Below are positions 47,554-58,177 of a stretch of 58,177 bases of DNA, piece by piece. The stretch comes from Chromera velia (taxonomy: Eukaryota), in assembly GCA_018398765.1 (NCBI GenBank), contig JAHBMJ010000087.1:1-58177 (forward strand), in the 5' to 3' direction. The notes under the pieces are model-generated. The model saw nothing but the letters and a program-made list of their open reading frames with translations, made no database searches and was not told the origin of the DNA. Each line of letters begins with the position of its first letter. The stretch's first letter is position 1. Both the position numbers and the translations under genes were made by a program.

Positions 47554-50079
47554 TCATAATCCTTCCATTCTCTTCACTTCGTCAAAGCCTTCCAGGAGCT
47601 TGACAATCGCTGCTCGCTTCTCCTTCTCCTCATCCGAGAGCTCTCCCGACGCCCCCACTCCATCCTGCCCCGTCACACCGCAATCCATCTCCAGCTTCCC
47701 GCTCTCCATCCACGCACTCCGGACTTTCGCCTCGAAACCGGCCAGATCGAATTCCTCGAACTCCCCCTCCTCATCCCCCTCTTCCTCCTCATCCTCATCA
47801 AAGGAATCGGAGGACGTTTCATCATCAGGAGAACCCCAGTCGATGTCGAGATCCTTTTCAAACTGTTCATCCCATTTGTCGGGGTCCAAATCAAAGTCTC
47901 CTTCATCTTCGTCTTCTTTCATCCAGGTCTCAAAATCGGTATCCCCCTCGTCATCCAACAAACCTGCGGGTGGAATCTTGTCTCCTTCCCCTTTCCTCTC
48001 TGACCCTGTCTCCTCTCCACCCTCCTCCGCAGGATCCGACGCTACGCCGGGCACCTTGGATATCTGCTCTTTCCAGGAAGCCGAAAACGCTTTCGGGAAG
48101 CGAAAACGCGGCATCCTTGTCTTCCCCCCTTCCCCCTTTTTCTCTGCTAAAGAGACCCCCTCCCCCTCCGCCTCCTCCCCTTCCACTGGAGAAGGAGGCG
48201 AAGGGAAAGAGGCAGAAGAAGCGCTAAAAGATTCTAAACCCTCGAGGGCCTCTGCCTCATCTACACCCACACTCGCCCTCCCCTTCCCTGTCTCTCCCTT
48301 TCCCTCTCCAACCCTTTCAATTTCATCACGAAGAGAAAACGAAGAATCGGAATCGGACCCTACGGCCTGACTCTCTTCTTCCTCTACCCCCATCCGTTGT
48401 CTCCTCTTCTTTTTCTCTTCCAATGAACCAAACGCCTTCTCCCTCGCTGCCGAAAGATATTTATGCAAATCCTCTCGCCTGTCCTGCCCCTCATTCCCTC
48501 CTCCCATCGATTCCTCTGCCGCCTCATTCGTTCTCCCCCTCCAACCCTCTAGCCCTCCCAAGCCCCCACCTAGGGACCCGAACGGCTGAGTTGCAGGGTC
48601 ACCCCGAGACCCTCCAAATGGAGAGGAACCGAAAAGAGAACGCACAGTCGCAAACGAATCGCGCAGATCGGGGTTACTTTCCAACACCATCTGCGTTGCC
48701 TGCTCTAACATTGCATCCTCTTCTGCCGATCCCGCAGCTGGTGGTTTGAAATCTGTGCCCCAAATCTCGGCCAGACGGTCCAGGCTGATGTTCTCTGTCC
48801 CTTCATCATCTATAGCTTGTTTGATTCTTTCAATTTCAGCATGGAATTTCTTCAATTCTTCGGGACTTCTCTCTACTGCCCCTATCCGTTTCACCAAATA
48901 ATCAAACGTGTTTCTCGCTTTGGAATCCGAAACACCCTCCTCCTTCTCTTTCTCTCCCACTTCCCCTGCAGCCTCAACACACGGGGACGAAGAATAGGAA
49001 TTCTGTATAGCCTCATCAGGGGAAACGGAAACGGAAGAGGATTCCTCCCCCTCACCCTCTGCTCTCTTTTGCAAAGCAGAAAGAGCAAGGAGGGCGTGCA
49101 CGGCCGTTTTGTCCGTGGTCTTTTTGTGTTTCTCCAAAATCTCTTCAACCTGTGCCACCCTTATTTTCGCACTCTCCGCATCTTTCGTCACTCTCTCCAT
49201 CATCCCCACCAACAACCCCACAGAGAAGGCCGACAGCTGCCTCCCCGCAGAGAGCATCTCCTTCACTAACGCGAGAGACGGGTCTATTCTTAAAGCAATG
49301 TCCTCATCGGCACATCTGGACAGAATCGACAGAAACGCATCCACATGGACTCCCATGGGAGGATTCGCGCAGTGCTTTCGAATCCTGTGCATCACCCCAC
49401 ACGCTTCTTTCAAAGGACTGCCATCGGGCGACGCACGCATCGCATTCAACAACGCCTCATAAGTCGCCATGGTCGGGAACAAACGGCCGTCGTGCTTTTG
49501 AAAGAACTCAAGGGACTCACGCCACGCACCGGGCGCACCCGACACCCCCAGACAGGAGATGGCTGAATTAACCATCTGAAGGTCTGGAATCACGCCCTCC
49601 TCCTCCATCATCGCAAGAATCTGTCGGGTTCTGTCGGCAGCAAAAGGGGACCTCTCTACTGAGAGTAAGTCTAGCAACTGGCGGTAGGGAGACCCGGGAG
49701 GCAGCTGTTTGCTTCCCCCTTCCCGTCTCCCTCCCTGTCCCCCCGCTGCCAACAGGTCTCTCTGGGCCGCGAGTCTCTTTAATATTTCGGGTGTGTTCTT
49801 TTCGGCGTTCTCTGCCCACACCTCCTCATCCGTCTTTCCACTTTCAGACGAAGACTCATCGTCTGCCCCCAACAACAAGGAGGATGCGAAGGGAGGAGAA
49901 GAACGGGAAGTGGATGAGGGCAGAGGGAGGGAAACAATTTGATGCCGTCTCCCTTTTTCTTTTTGTCGAAAACCCGTCTCCGGAGCAAGGACCCTACCAT
50001 GAGGAAGGAGAAACGCACCGCAGCCGGTAACACCCACACCACAACACAGTTCAAAAGCAATCAACAGACAACGGCGCAT
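47554..50079 (-). CDS. Probably plastid-targeted PPR-like protein with acidic C-terminus, 841 aa, single exon
   Basis: First ATG is at 50079 (the ORF-track start 50226 is GTG). Signal peptide MRRCLLIAFELCCGVGVTGCGA-FLLP is followed by an S/R/P-rich transit peptide. PPR-like motifs: MEEEGVIPDLQMVNSAISCL and FPTMATYEALLNAM...EACGVMHRI. Confidence 0.75.
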   Translation of the reverse strand: MRRCLLIAFELCCGVGVTGCGAFLLPHGRVLAPETGFRQKEKGRRHQIVSLPLPSSTSRSSPPFASSLLLGADDESSSESGKTDEEVWAENAEKNTPEILKRLAAQRDLLAAGGQGGRREGGSKQLPPGSPYRQLLDLLSVERSPFAADRTRQILAMMEEEGVIPDLQMVNSAISCLGVSGAPGAWRESLEFFQKHDGRLFPTMATYEALLNAMRASPDGSPLKEACGVMHRIRKHCANPPMGVHVDAFLSILSRCADEDIALRIDPSLALVKEMLSAGRQLSAFSVGLLVGMMERVTKDAESAKIRVAQVEEILEKHKKTTDKTAVHALLALSALQKRAEGEGEESSSVSVSPDEAIQNSYSSSPCVEAAGEVGEKEKEEGVSDSKARNTFDYLVKRIGAVERSPEELKKFHAEIERIKQAIDDEGTENISLDRLAEIWGTDFKPPAAGSAEEDAMLEQATQMVLESNPDLRDSFATVRSLFGSSPFGGSRGDPATQPFGSLGGGLGGLEGWRGRTNEAAEESMGGGNEGQDRREDLHKYLSAAREKAFGSLEEKKKRRQRMGVEEEESQAVGSDSDSSFSLRDEIERVGEGKGETGKGRASVGVDEAEALEGLESFSASSASFPSPPSPVEGEEAEGEGVSLAEKKGEGGKTRMPRFRFPKAFSASWKEQISKVPGVASDPAEEGGEETGSERKGEGDKIPPAGLLDDEGDTDFETWMKEDEDEGDFDLDPDKWDEQFEKDLDIDWGSPDDETSSDSFDEDEEEEGDEEGEFEEFDLAGFEAKVRSAWMESGKLEMDCGVTGQDGVGASGELSDEEKEKRAAIVKLLEGFDEVKRMEGL

Positions 50080-50862
50080 TTCTGCTTTTCTCGAAAGTAG
50101 GTAGACTCGGTTTGACGGAGAAAACAGTGACTCAGGCAACAGGCACACGGGAAAACCTGTTGCGTGTGTGCAAGGAACCTTTTTAGGGTCCAAGGACAGA
50201 ACTTGCTCCTTGAAGAGAAGGTCCACTCTTGCGTTCTTTTCTCTTTCTCTTTAACCTGGCCTCTTCTGACGGCCTGCGTGCAGGGGCAGAGTGCGTCTGT
50301 TGCACAAGGCCGGTACTGTAGGCGCTTCAACAAAGTTACCGTCCAGCAACCCTCAAACAGGCAGAGGAGCCGCTAGACAACACAAGTCTGGGAATGACTT
50401 AAGCAGTCAAGAAGGGTGCAGAGAGGCCACAAAACAGCTGTGCCGGAACTGTCAGGGCGTTTCCAAAGTCACTGGAACGCAGACATACATATGCAGCTAT
50501 ATGCAGCTAGACTGCAACTGGGGCAGTGATGGGGCATGCAGTGTTTTGCGACTGTTGTCTTTTTGTGACTTTTTTTTTTTTACGCGGGTAACTCACGCAT
50601 GCACGCGCGCGCTGCGAGAACTTTTCGTGGGAAGTTCTGCCGTCTCTTCAGCCGTAGATCGAAATTTCGTCACCATCTCTTTTGCCACCGGCCACTTCTC
50701 CGCTGAAAGATCATTTCCATGCACTCACCTGTCCTTATCCGTCGACTGGTTTTCATGAAAAGTGCCGAGGAGACGGCCTGAGTGTTTTACTGGAAGTGCC
50801 TCCGAAGGCCGGAACTTCACTACTTTCGTTTTTTTCTTTGAAGTGGATGGAGACGGGTAGTC

Positions 50863-53112
50863 ATGCTTGAATTGCCGGATTGTTTCTCGAAGCTTGTCGA
50901 GGAAAGGGAAGAGAGGGGGTCCGATGAGTATGAGGCCGCCAAGAACCTCTGCCTGGAATGGTTCAGAAAAGCCCCCGTGCAGGACTTCCCCCGAATTTTG
51001 GAACTTTGCAAGACCCACCTCCTCCCCCATCTGTCCGCGTCTCCTGACGTGAAGTCTTTCTGTGCAGACATCGTTCAGGAATTCTTCGAGACTGCACAGT
51101 CTTTTCTTGAAGATGAAGTTTTAGGGGTACAAGACGCGACGGGGTGGAAGGCCTTGCTGTTTGACCTCTCCACACAAATCACAGACGCCTGCTCGCCCAA
51201 AGAGGTCTATCTTGGGTGGATCGGCAGTGCCAATTCTGCCCTGATCAAAGACCTCGACCTCAAATATTTCGCCCTCCACGCACTCATCAGGAGTGTCAAT
51301 AGAATCAAAAGAATCCGAGCTAAATTTCTACCCGGGGCTGTGGCAGTCATCCTCCATCAGTTGGAAAGCCCCGAACTCATCAGTCCCCCAAGGCAGACGA
51401 CCGATGGGGCGTCTCCCCCCCTCTCTGCCCAGTCCCGTCTCCTCGAAGAGACGTATAAACTCTGCAAAGTGATGTTCGAGGAGACGGCAACGCCCCAAGA
51501 GGAAGACGAACACCTGGTTGCACCCTACACAGTCGCGGCTTTCATTGCAAAAGTCCTGCAGCAGCACGTCCCCCTTTTTCCTCTCCAAGTCTCCTTCCCC
51601 TCCCACTTCTCACCAGCAGACCTCGCCAAGAGGTTACAGCAGCAGCAGAGAGACGGGGACGCAGAAAGAGAATTGAAAAAGAGTGCCCCCTCTCCAGAAG
51701 CACCAGCAGTCTCTCAAGAAAAGGAGAGAGACAGTAGGGAGGCCGTCAATGGAGAAGGTTCTCATCCGCACCCTCCCTCCTCCTCTTCCCCCCCCAAAAT
51801 GCACTCTAGTCCCTCTAAACTCGTCGAAAATGACCGCCACATTCTTCTTGCTACCCGTGTCCCCTTGGAAAGATCCAACGACGGCACGAGCGCCCCTGTC
51901 GTCCCCCCCCTTCCCGAAACTCTCGTTGCCCCCGAAGCCAAACGAGCCGAGGCGCTGATTGCCGAGATGGTGGACATGTACGCCTCCGTCTACCCAAAAT
52001 TTCTCCACAGCATCCAGCACATCCACACCCTAGACCCCACCACAGACCTAGGAGGTGCCGTGGAGGTCACGCCCCTTGCAGTCGCCTTAGTCGTGTTCCT
52101 CCATGGAGTCGTGAAAATGCTCCCCAAGCACTTCCCTCCCATCGTGTCCTCGCAGCAGATCATCACAGTGAGGTACAAGGCCGTGGCTGTGCTGTTGGCA
52201 AATGCCCAGGCGGCATTGTCGTCGGGGTCTACCGTTGTGGCACAGGCACTGACTGTCAAAGCCTCGGCACTGTTCGCCCTCACCAGCCCGTATGTGTGGC
52301 TCTGCAAACAACAGCAGCCGGAGGCGTTCGCCACTTTGCATCGTCTGACGTTCAACCCGAAACTTTTGGTGTTGCGGTTTGGAGAGACAATCGCTCTCAC
52401 ACCCGATTTGAGTGAGTCCCTCCGTCAGTCTCTATTCAAACATTTGGCCTTTCTGATTTCTTCTTTCGATACTGTGCCCTCCCTCCAGCTGTGTGGACAT
52501 ATTCTCAGAAGGACCAAGATAGATGCCCTTGCTGCTGCGGTGTTTGGCATCGGCAGAGAGGTGTGGGTTCAGTTTGCGCGTCTCCAGAATCAGCAGAGAC
52601 CGAGTGAGGAGCAGGGGGGGAAGGAGGAAGGGAAAGAAAAACTGAAGGAGAAGGAGAAGGAGGCAGCAATGTCCGGGAAGTTGTTGGTTGAAATTCTTGC
52701 GCCTGTGCTGACGGGAGAGATTCGCATCACGGACGGCTGTGATAGTCTGGTCGCGTCGTTGAATTTTGTGAAACTTCTCTTGAGCTCTCCTGAATTTGAG
52801 CTGTTCCGACCTGCCCTCCTGTCCGCCCCTTTGACAGAGCAGGGCCAGACACTGCAAGACGCCACAAGCAAGCTTGGAGAGAGGGTGGATATGGAGATGG
52901 GCTTCCTGAAGGCAGGGTCTGTGGGGGTCAGTGGCGCGGGAGGTCGAAGTGGGGGGGCAAACGGCCAGGGAGGGGGGGCTGTTGGGGGACAGAACGCTTT
53001 TCAGGAAATGGAGGCAACGCGGCTGTCTTTCGTGGCGTTTGTTTTGTCAGACGTGCGCAAGCTTTTGCAAACTTTGCATCAGCCAAAAACTAGAAGCAGC
53101 TCGGGAGGTTGA
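50863..53112 (+). CDS. Glomulin/ALF4/Ybp1-family helical protein, 749 aa, single exon
   Basis: CSPKEVYL...SVNRIKRIRAKFL resembles the glomulin SPKE block; ITDGCDSLVASLNFVKLLL resembles glomulin DRIMASLNLLRYL; C-terminal LSFVAFVLSDVRKLL. Confidence 0.7.
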   Translation: MLELPDCFSKLVEEREERGSDEYEAAKNLCLEWFRKAPVQDFPRILELCKTHLLPHLSASPDVKSFCADIVQEFFETAQSFLEDEVLGVQDATGWKALLFDLSTQITDACSPKEVYLGWIGSANSALIKDLDLKYFALHALIRSVNRIKRIRAKFLPGAVAVILHQLESPELISPPRQTTDGASPPLSAQSRLLEETYKLCKVMFEETATPQEEDEHLVAPYTVAAFIAKVLQQHVPLFPLQVSFPSHFSPADLAKRLQQQQRDGDAERELKKSAPSPEAPAVSQEKERDSREAVNGEGSHPHPPSSSSPPKMHSSPSKLVENDRHILLATRVPLERSNDGTSAPVVPPLPETLVAPEAKRAEALIAEMVDMYASVYPKFLHSIQHIHTLDPTTDLGGAVEVTPLAVALVVFLHGVVKMLPKHFPPIVSSQQIITVRYKAVAVLLANAQAALSSGSTVVAQALTVKASALFALTSPYVWLCKQQQPEAFATLHRLTFNPKLLVLRFGETIALTPDLSESLRQSLFKHLAFLISSFDTVPSLQLCGHILRRTKIDALAAAVFGIGREVWVQFARLQNQQRPSEEQGGKEEGKEKLKEKEKEAAMSGKLLVEILAPVLTGEIRITDGCDSLVASLNFVKLLLSSPEFELFRPALLSAPLTEQGQTLQDATSKLGERVDMEMGFLKAGSVGVSGAGGRSGGANGQGGGAVGGQNAFQEMEATRLSFVAFVLSDVRKLLQTLHQPKTRSSSGG

Positions 53113-53276
53113 ATATTACCTAGAACATTACTTTGCTGGTGGATTCTCTGTTTCATCATGCTGCGACTAGTGATGCGATTCATACACTGCTATAGAATAA
53201 ATGTTAAATAATTGGATTAATTCACATTTTTCTTTATATACTTGCATAAACATATATAGTCTGTAGCTTGAATCGA

Positions 53277-53524
53277 GATCTAGGCGCCGGCTAGAGAAAA
53301 AAAAAAAAAGATCCCCCAAAACCCTTTACTTTTTTTCTTTTTTTTTTCTGTATCAGTCAAACAACTGTTGTTCAAATGTTGTATAAGTGTTGTTTGTGTG
53401 TTGCAGAACTGTTGCTAAGTGTTGTTCAGGGTTAAAAAATAAAAATAAAAAGAAAAAATAAAAAGATCTCCTCAAATCGCTTATTTTTTTTCTTTTTTTT
53501 TTTTCTTTAGCCCACGCCTAGATC
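53277..53524. mobile_element. MITE-like element with ~30-bp imperfect terminal inverted repeats
   Basis: Left GATCTAGGCGCCGGCTAGAGAAAAAAA; reverse complement of right end GATCTAGGCGTGGGCTAAAGAAAA. Confidence 0.65.
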
Positions 53525-53789
53525 GAGATCTATATTCGATCCTAGAATCCGGACCTAGATTCGATCTAGTATATTCGATTAGGTATTCGATCTGTTTATC
53601 ACTTACCACTTAACTTCAATAACTTCAAGTTGAATTAAAATATGCTTTTATAACAATAATCCGGCCTACGTGGCACTGAATCTACACAACTGTCAATCTA
53701 ACAGTTAATAGCTAGTGAAGTTTAAGTTAAATGCAAGAGCTAGTATAAGAACTAGAAAGGGAAAAACCTATATAATGATGGTAGACAGA

Positions 53790-55521
53790 GAGATGCATGC
53801 AAGGATTGATAGGAAAGTTAGCCAGAGAGCCAGCCGTGCTACCTGCAGAATGTTTTTATTTATTTAATCAGATGGTGTGTGCAGTGTGGATGTATGGATG
53901 CGAGATACACCCATGCACAGAGTGCCACAGACAGGGCTTATGCAGAATTCGACGAAAAACAAAGACGCTTTGTGAGGTGGGTCTTGGGGCTAAGGAAGAC
54001 AGAAAGCGCAGACACGACATTGATGGAGGGGAAGATGTTTCCAATTGACATTGAAGTGGTAGAGAGGACGATCAGATGGGCAAGAAAGACACTGAAAGAA
54101 AAGAAGAAGGAGGCGATTGGGCAGGCTGCCATTCATTACTTGAGAGGAGGAGTGGAGGATGAACTGAAGAGGGGAAGAAGAACAGAGTTACATCTTTTTC
54201 ACTTCTTTTTGCACTTAAAGAAATGCACACAGACACTATTCACATAGAGAGGCCTTCATCTTTTTTTAAAAGAGAAGCTCACAGGCCAGTCAGGAGAGAT
54301 AAGGAATGATAGGGACACACACAATGAATAAAAGAGTAGATAGGATAGAAAGATGGATTGTAAGCAAGACAGATAAAGAAATAAAAGAGAGAAAGAAAGA
54401 AATCTTCAAGTGGAGAATTGAGAGGGGAGTGAGAGAGAGAGAGATAGAAGAGAGAGTCTCAGAGAAAAAGGAAAAAAAGTCGATATGACATATATACACT
54501 GAACAAAAACAAACGGAAACAGATTACAGCTTATTTTGTTTGAAAAGGCGTTAGAAGAAAGACCAAGAGAGGGAATGAAAATAGAGAAAAAAAAACTGGG
54601 ACGGGTGCCTTTTTGTTATAGAAGGGTAGCACCAAGTGGAGAACACAGAACTAGATATAGAAGGAAAGCAGCCTGCAGAGTAGGAGACAGGACGTTAGCA
54701 GGAACAAAGGGAAAAGTGCCAGAAAAAGAAGGGCAGAGAGTGCCATTGAAGGAGAGACTCTGCCCTTTTTGCAAAGGATAGATGGAAACAGAGGTGTTGG
54801 AGGACGAGATCTATATGCTAACTAAGTATCCGATTCATGATAGAGAAAGAGCAGACATGTATAGAATATTAGGAGCAGACTGGAACAAGAGAAGAGAAAA
54901 GAGAGCAAGAAAAATTTGCAAAGAGAAAAGAGAAGGACAAAAAGGAAGACTACACACTGAAGCTCTGTTCAAATTCTTGATGAACGAAAGACATAGTACG
55001 GTGGATGAATTTCTGGGGAGGGTGGCGTTCAGAACAAGAGTGTTCAAGGAAAGCCTAGGAAGGTACACACCTGGAAGCTCGTTAGATGTCATTGAAACAG
55101 TATTGGCACAGAGATATGGACTGATCACAAAAAGAAAGGGAGGAACGAAAAGAAGAAAAGAAGAATACAAAACCATCCTGGAAGCAATGGAAGCAAGAAG
55201 ACAGCTGAGGGAGGGAAAAGGAGAAATCGCTGAGAGAAGAATGGAGAGAGGGCGTGCACAAAGCCAAAGTGTCCTTTAATTCGTCCTGTGTCATTGGATC
55301 GATTTTTGGAGCAGTCTCTTCTGACCAGCCCATAGACCAAAGCATGCAAAGCATAGACAGATTGTTGTTTGTTAGTGGCCTGGGAAACCAGGCGGGCCAC
55401 GGGGTGTGGTCTAAGCCTCGGTGATGAGGTATACCCCCCTGCCGTTTGCGGAGACGACCTCTATAAGACAAAACGGTGACAGTGCTCTAGGGCACCACTA
55501 ATCACTTATCACTTATCACTT
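53790..55521 (+). mobile_element. 5'-truncated degenerate LINE with 3' UTR and (ATCACTT)3 tail
   Basis: VCAVWMYGCEIH, AEFDEKQRRFVRWVL, LHLFHFFLHL, GRVPFCY and ERLCPFC...LEDEIYMLTKYP are paralogous to 44410-46450; ORF stop at 55279; tail at 55501-55521. Confidence 0.85.
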
Positions 55522-56544
55522 ATAAAAATGTATATGAAAAAATCATATTCATGCTAAATCCTAGGCTATCTTAGGCTGAATCATGCATAATCATACATTT
55601 GGCTTAGACTCAGCCTTAAAGAATATTAAAAATTTGTATTCTGTCCTAGGTTTTCTCATAGCTAGTGTATGGAATCATATAGAGTAATAAAAAATGGCAA
55701 CAGTTACTATACCAACTATGAACATTGCTGCTTTAATATGCATGAACTACAGTTTTTACTAGAGTTTTTATGGCAAAACAACTGCGTACTAGTGTATAGT
55801 CTGCAGCATAAAGGGACCATTCAGCATCTTTCTCTCCCTCCGATCATGTTTCTGCATATGGGGGGTGTTAGGCAAATGCTAACCTGATGCTGACGCATAT
55901 GACTACGCATGACACACAGTCCAAGGCACAGTCTAGCCCACATGCACTTTTAGATTTCAGTCTTCAGGCTGGATACTCCTCCTCCCTCCATGTGAATGCC
56001 TTCATTCATTTGTTCATCTCTTCATGCAGACCCCCCTCTTGCTCTGCTGATTCAGATCGCATGTCCGATCTAATGGCATCTCTTTGTGTGTTTCAAGAGC
56101 CATCATCCCAATATAGTCAATGGATGAGAAAGACAGTATAGAAGAAAGAGAGACTCACCGTCGGAGGGAAAAGTCCTTCTTTCATTCACTTAAAATTTGG
56201 ATGAGCGCAGTCGAACACAAACATCATCACACAGGTTTGATAGTCGACTGTCATAGATGAAATACATGATGCCTCTCTTATGCAACGACACACCTTCCCA
56301 ACCCAATATCCGACCAATAAGACAGGATAAACCCACAGATAGTCAGCTAGTCCAATTGAAGTCAGGAAGGAAGTTATAAAAAAAAAAAGGTGCCAAGTGA
56401 ACCAGGAACGTACATGAACCTACATACATGGCTAGGGTATTTGACTATTTCAATTACGATTAAGATTTTATAGGTAAGATCATACAAAACATATAATAAA
56501 AACATAGATTACATAAACACTAGCATAAACATTTCAGGCTAAAG

Positions 56545-57270
56545 GAACGTGGTTAATCTTAAAAAGCTTAAATCTGGTGAAATTCGGTGAAGTTAAGTAT
56601 AATTATACGGGAAAAAGTAATCATATACCCCCCCTTTTATGGTATATCTCTTACAACTGATTACGGATTATGAGATTACGGCATCTTTTGAAAGACCACC
56701 AATATTTTTTTTCTTTGTATGCCATCACCCATCTCCCAGAAAGCATAAGGCTTCCCACTGTAGCTCATACAAAAGACAATAAAAATTATTAATTCTCTTC
56801 TTCTGCAGTCTTTTGAGCGTCTATCAAGGATTCAGGGTAGGGAATCCGATTTAAGGGAAAAGGGAGGGGGGGGGACTGATGGAAGAGGCATTGAGTTGAC
56901 TACTCGGCCTCTCTCGGGAGGCTGCAAAGCAACAGCAGCCGCCGCGAGCCTAGTTCTATTACAGCCTAAAATTTGCCTTAATACTGTTGGTCTTGCTGTT
57001 GTTTTTTATTGGTTGCACCATGCAAAAGTCATAGGAAAAGACTAGGGGAAAAGTCTGTTCATGGAGCAAGATGAGCTGCAAAAAGTCGAAGAAGCGTTCA
57101 AAAAGCTCCTCATCAGGGACTTTGATATTATCATGGATGTTAAGATTGAAGTTTAGTGATGACATTATCGCATCATGACGGTTTTCTTTTGTTTTTTGAA
57201 GGAGGGTCCAGAGAGGGGGGTTGTTTATCCCATTTTACTATATATTACGGATTACGAGTTTATGAGCCCC
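56545..57270 (+). mobile_element. Longer copy of the TTACGGATTA element family with an internal minus-strand ORF remnant (56959-57165)
   Basis: TTACGGATTA at ~56661 and ~57245; colinear blocks with the reverse complement of 18340-18620. Confidence 0.45.
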
Positions 57271-57479
57271 TTCTAGATATCACCTGGAGATAAGACTTTC
57301 ATCGCAGATTGCAAGTGAACCAGTGAGCATTCTGATGAGATGTTGACTTTGTTTGAAGTAATTTAATATAATAAGTCCTAAAAAAATGGTTTTTAGTATA
57401 GGGGTGACGTTAAATACTAACATACCCTATGTGTAACCCCTAAAATTCATCTAGTAATATTTTAAGTCGATTACCCGAG

Positions 57480-57680
57480 CACATGAACGCAAACGTCCAT
57501 TCCCCCACTCACTGCCTTAATTTCATTCCTCCACCTATCCACAAACCTTCCACTGCCCCCTAACTCTCGATTGGTTCTCATCTGTCCCTCGATGCTCTTA
57601 TTTCTCCTCAGTCTCAGCACTCATCGCATAAATCTCCTCTGCTTTTTATCAAACTCGGCACTAGGCGTGGTTTATACATA
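57480..57680 (-). mobile_element. Short LINE fragment
   Basis: Minus frame AEFDKKQRRFMR*VLRLRRNKS matches AEFDEKQRRFVRWVLGLRKTES of the 53.9-kb copy. Confidence 0.8.
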
Positions 57681-58019
57681 AATACATACATTAAATTCTG
57701 TTCATCAAGAATGTATGTATGTATGTAATGTGTATAAACTAATGTTGTAAACGTCATTTTCAAAACCTAATTCCTGACAATGCCTAACAATGCCTAGGAC
57801 AATGTCAGTTAAGTTCAAAGGTGTTTAGTCACTTGTGATTAGAATATATTTAATTATCCCATGAAGTGATTGAATGTGATTGAATAAAGTGATTAATTAG
57901 CCAAAGTCCGATTCTTACTAGTCTTTAATACCTTAGGTCATTCTAATGGTGCGTGGTTTTTTTTTTATGTTATAAAAACAAATGTTTTGGGAGGAGCCTG
58001 GAGGCTTGTGCACATCCAG

Positions 58020-58130
58020 TGCACTGTATGCATGGCCCAGCCCATGCAGCCCGGGCCAGCCATGCACGCGCCGGCGCGGCCCATGCACCGCTCCTACTAG
58101 CGGCCGCGGCCATGCATCGGTGCATGCATT
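58020..58130. promoter_or_regulatory. GC-rich CCATGCA/TGCATG cluster, probable promoter of a gene beyond the window
   Basis: Several CATGCA copies in GC-rich DNA, as at 7250, 24690, 35300, 38170 and 50590. Confidence 0.45.
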
Positions 58131-58177
58131 CGGAGCCGAATAGCCGATTGTACAGGTTGCATCAAAAATCGGGTCTT

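Noticed and set aside
47492..48370. 292-aa Ser-rich plus-strand ORF and other antisense ORFs over long CDSs
   Set aside because: Shadow frames of the GA-rich coding strand of real genes.
55415..55480. Hammerhead ribozyme (GTGATGAG)
   Set aside because: Lacks the CTGANGA core and a correctly placed GAAA.

Overview
Eukaryotic nuclear DNA with GT-AG introns and microsatellite-rich introns. It is most likely from a photosynthetic alveolate such as Chromera velia; this is an inference from TGCATG-rich promoter islands, a bipartite plastid-targeting peptide and the gene style. Apparently intact or nearly intact genes: a 5'-truncated multi-exon gene with a C-terminal F-box-like motif, a 3-exon bacterial-type TupA-like solute-binding protein, a J-domain+WD40 protein, an uncharacterised type II membrane protein, a secreted bacterial-like repeat protein with one frameshift, a plastid-targeted PPR-like protein and a glomulin/ALF4-like protein. 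Between them are AT-rich, CTAG-rich islands, four LINE remnants, MITE-like elements and pseudogenes. The strongest unexplained signal is a RIP-like (repeat-induced point mutation-like) C>T/G>A hypermutation signature. LINE catalytic and zinc-finger motifs are destroyed almost only by transitions. A hand-spliced 19-exon membrane-protein gene carries 13 in-frame stops but no frameshift. The exact 1248-bp duplication around the N at 15150 is probably an assembly artefact. All family calls come from motif recognition by eye, not from database searches.
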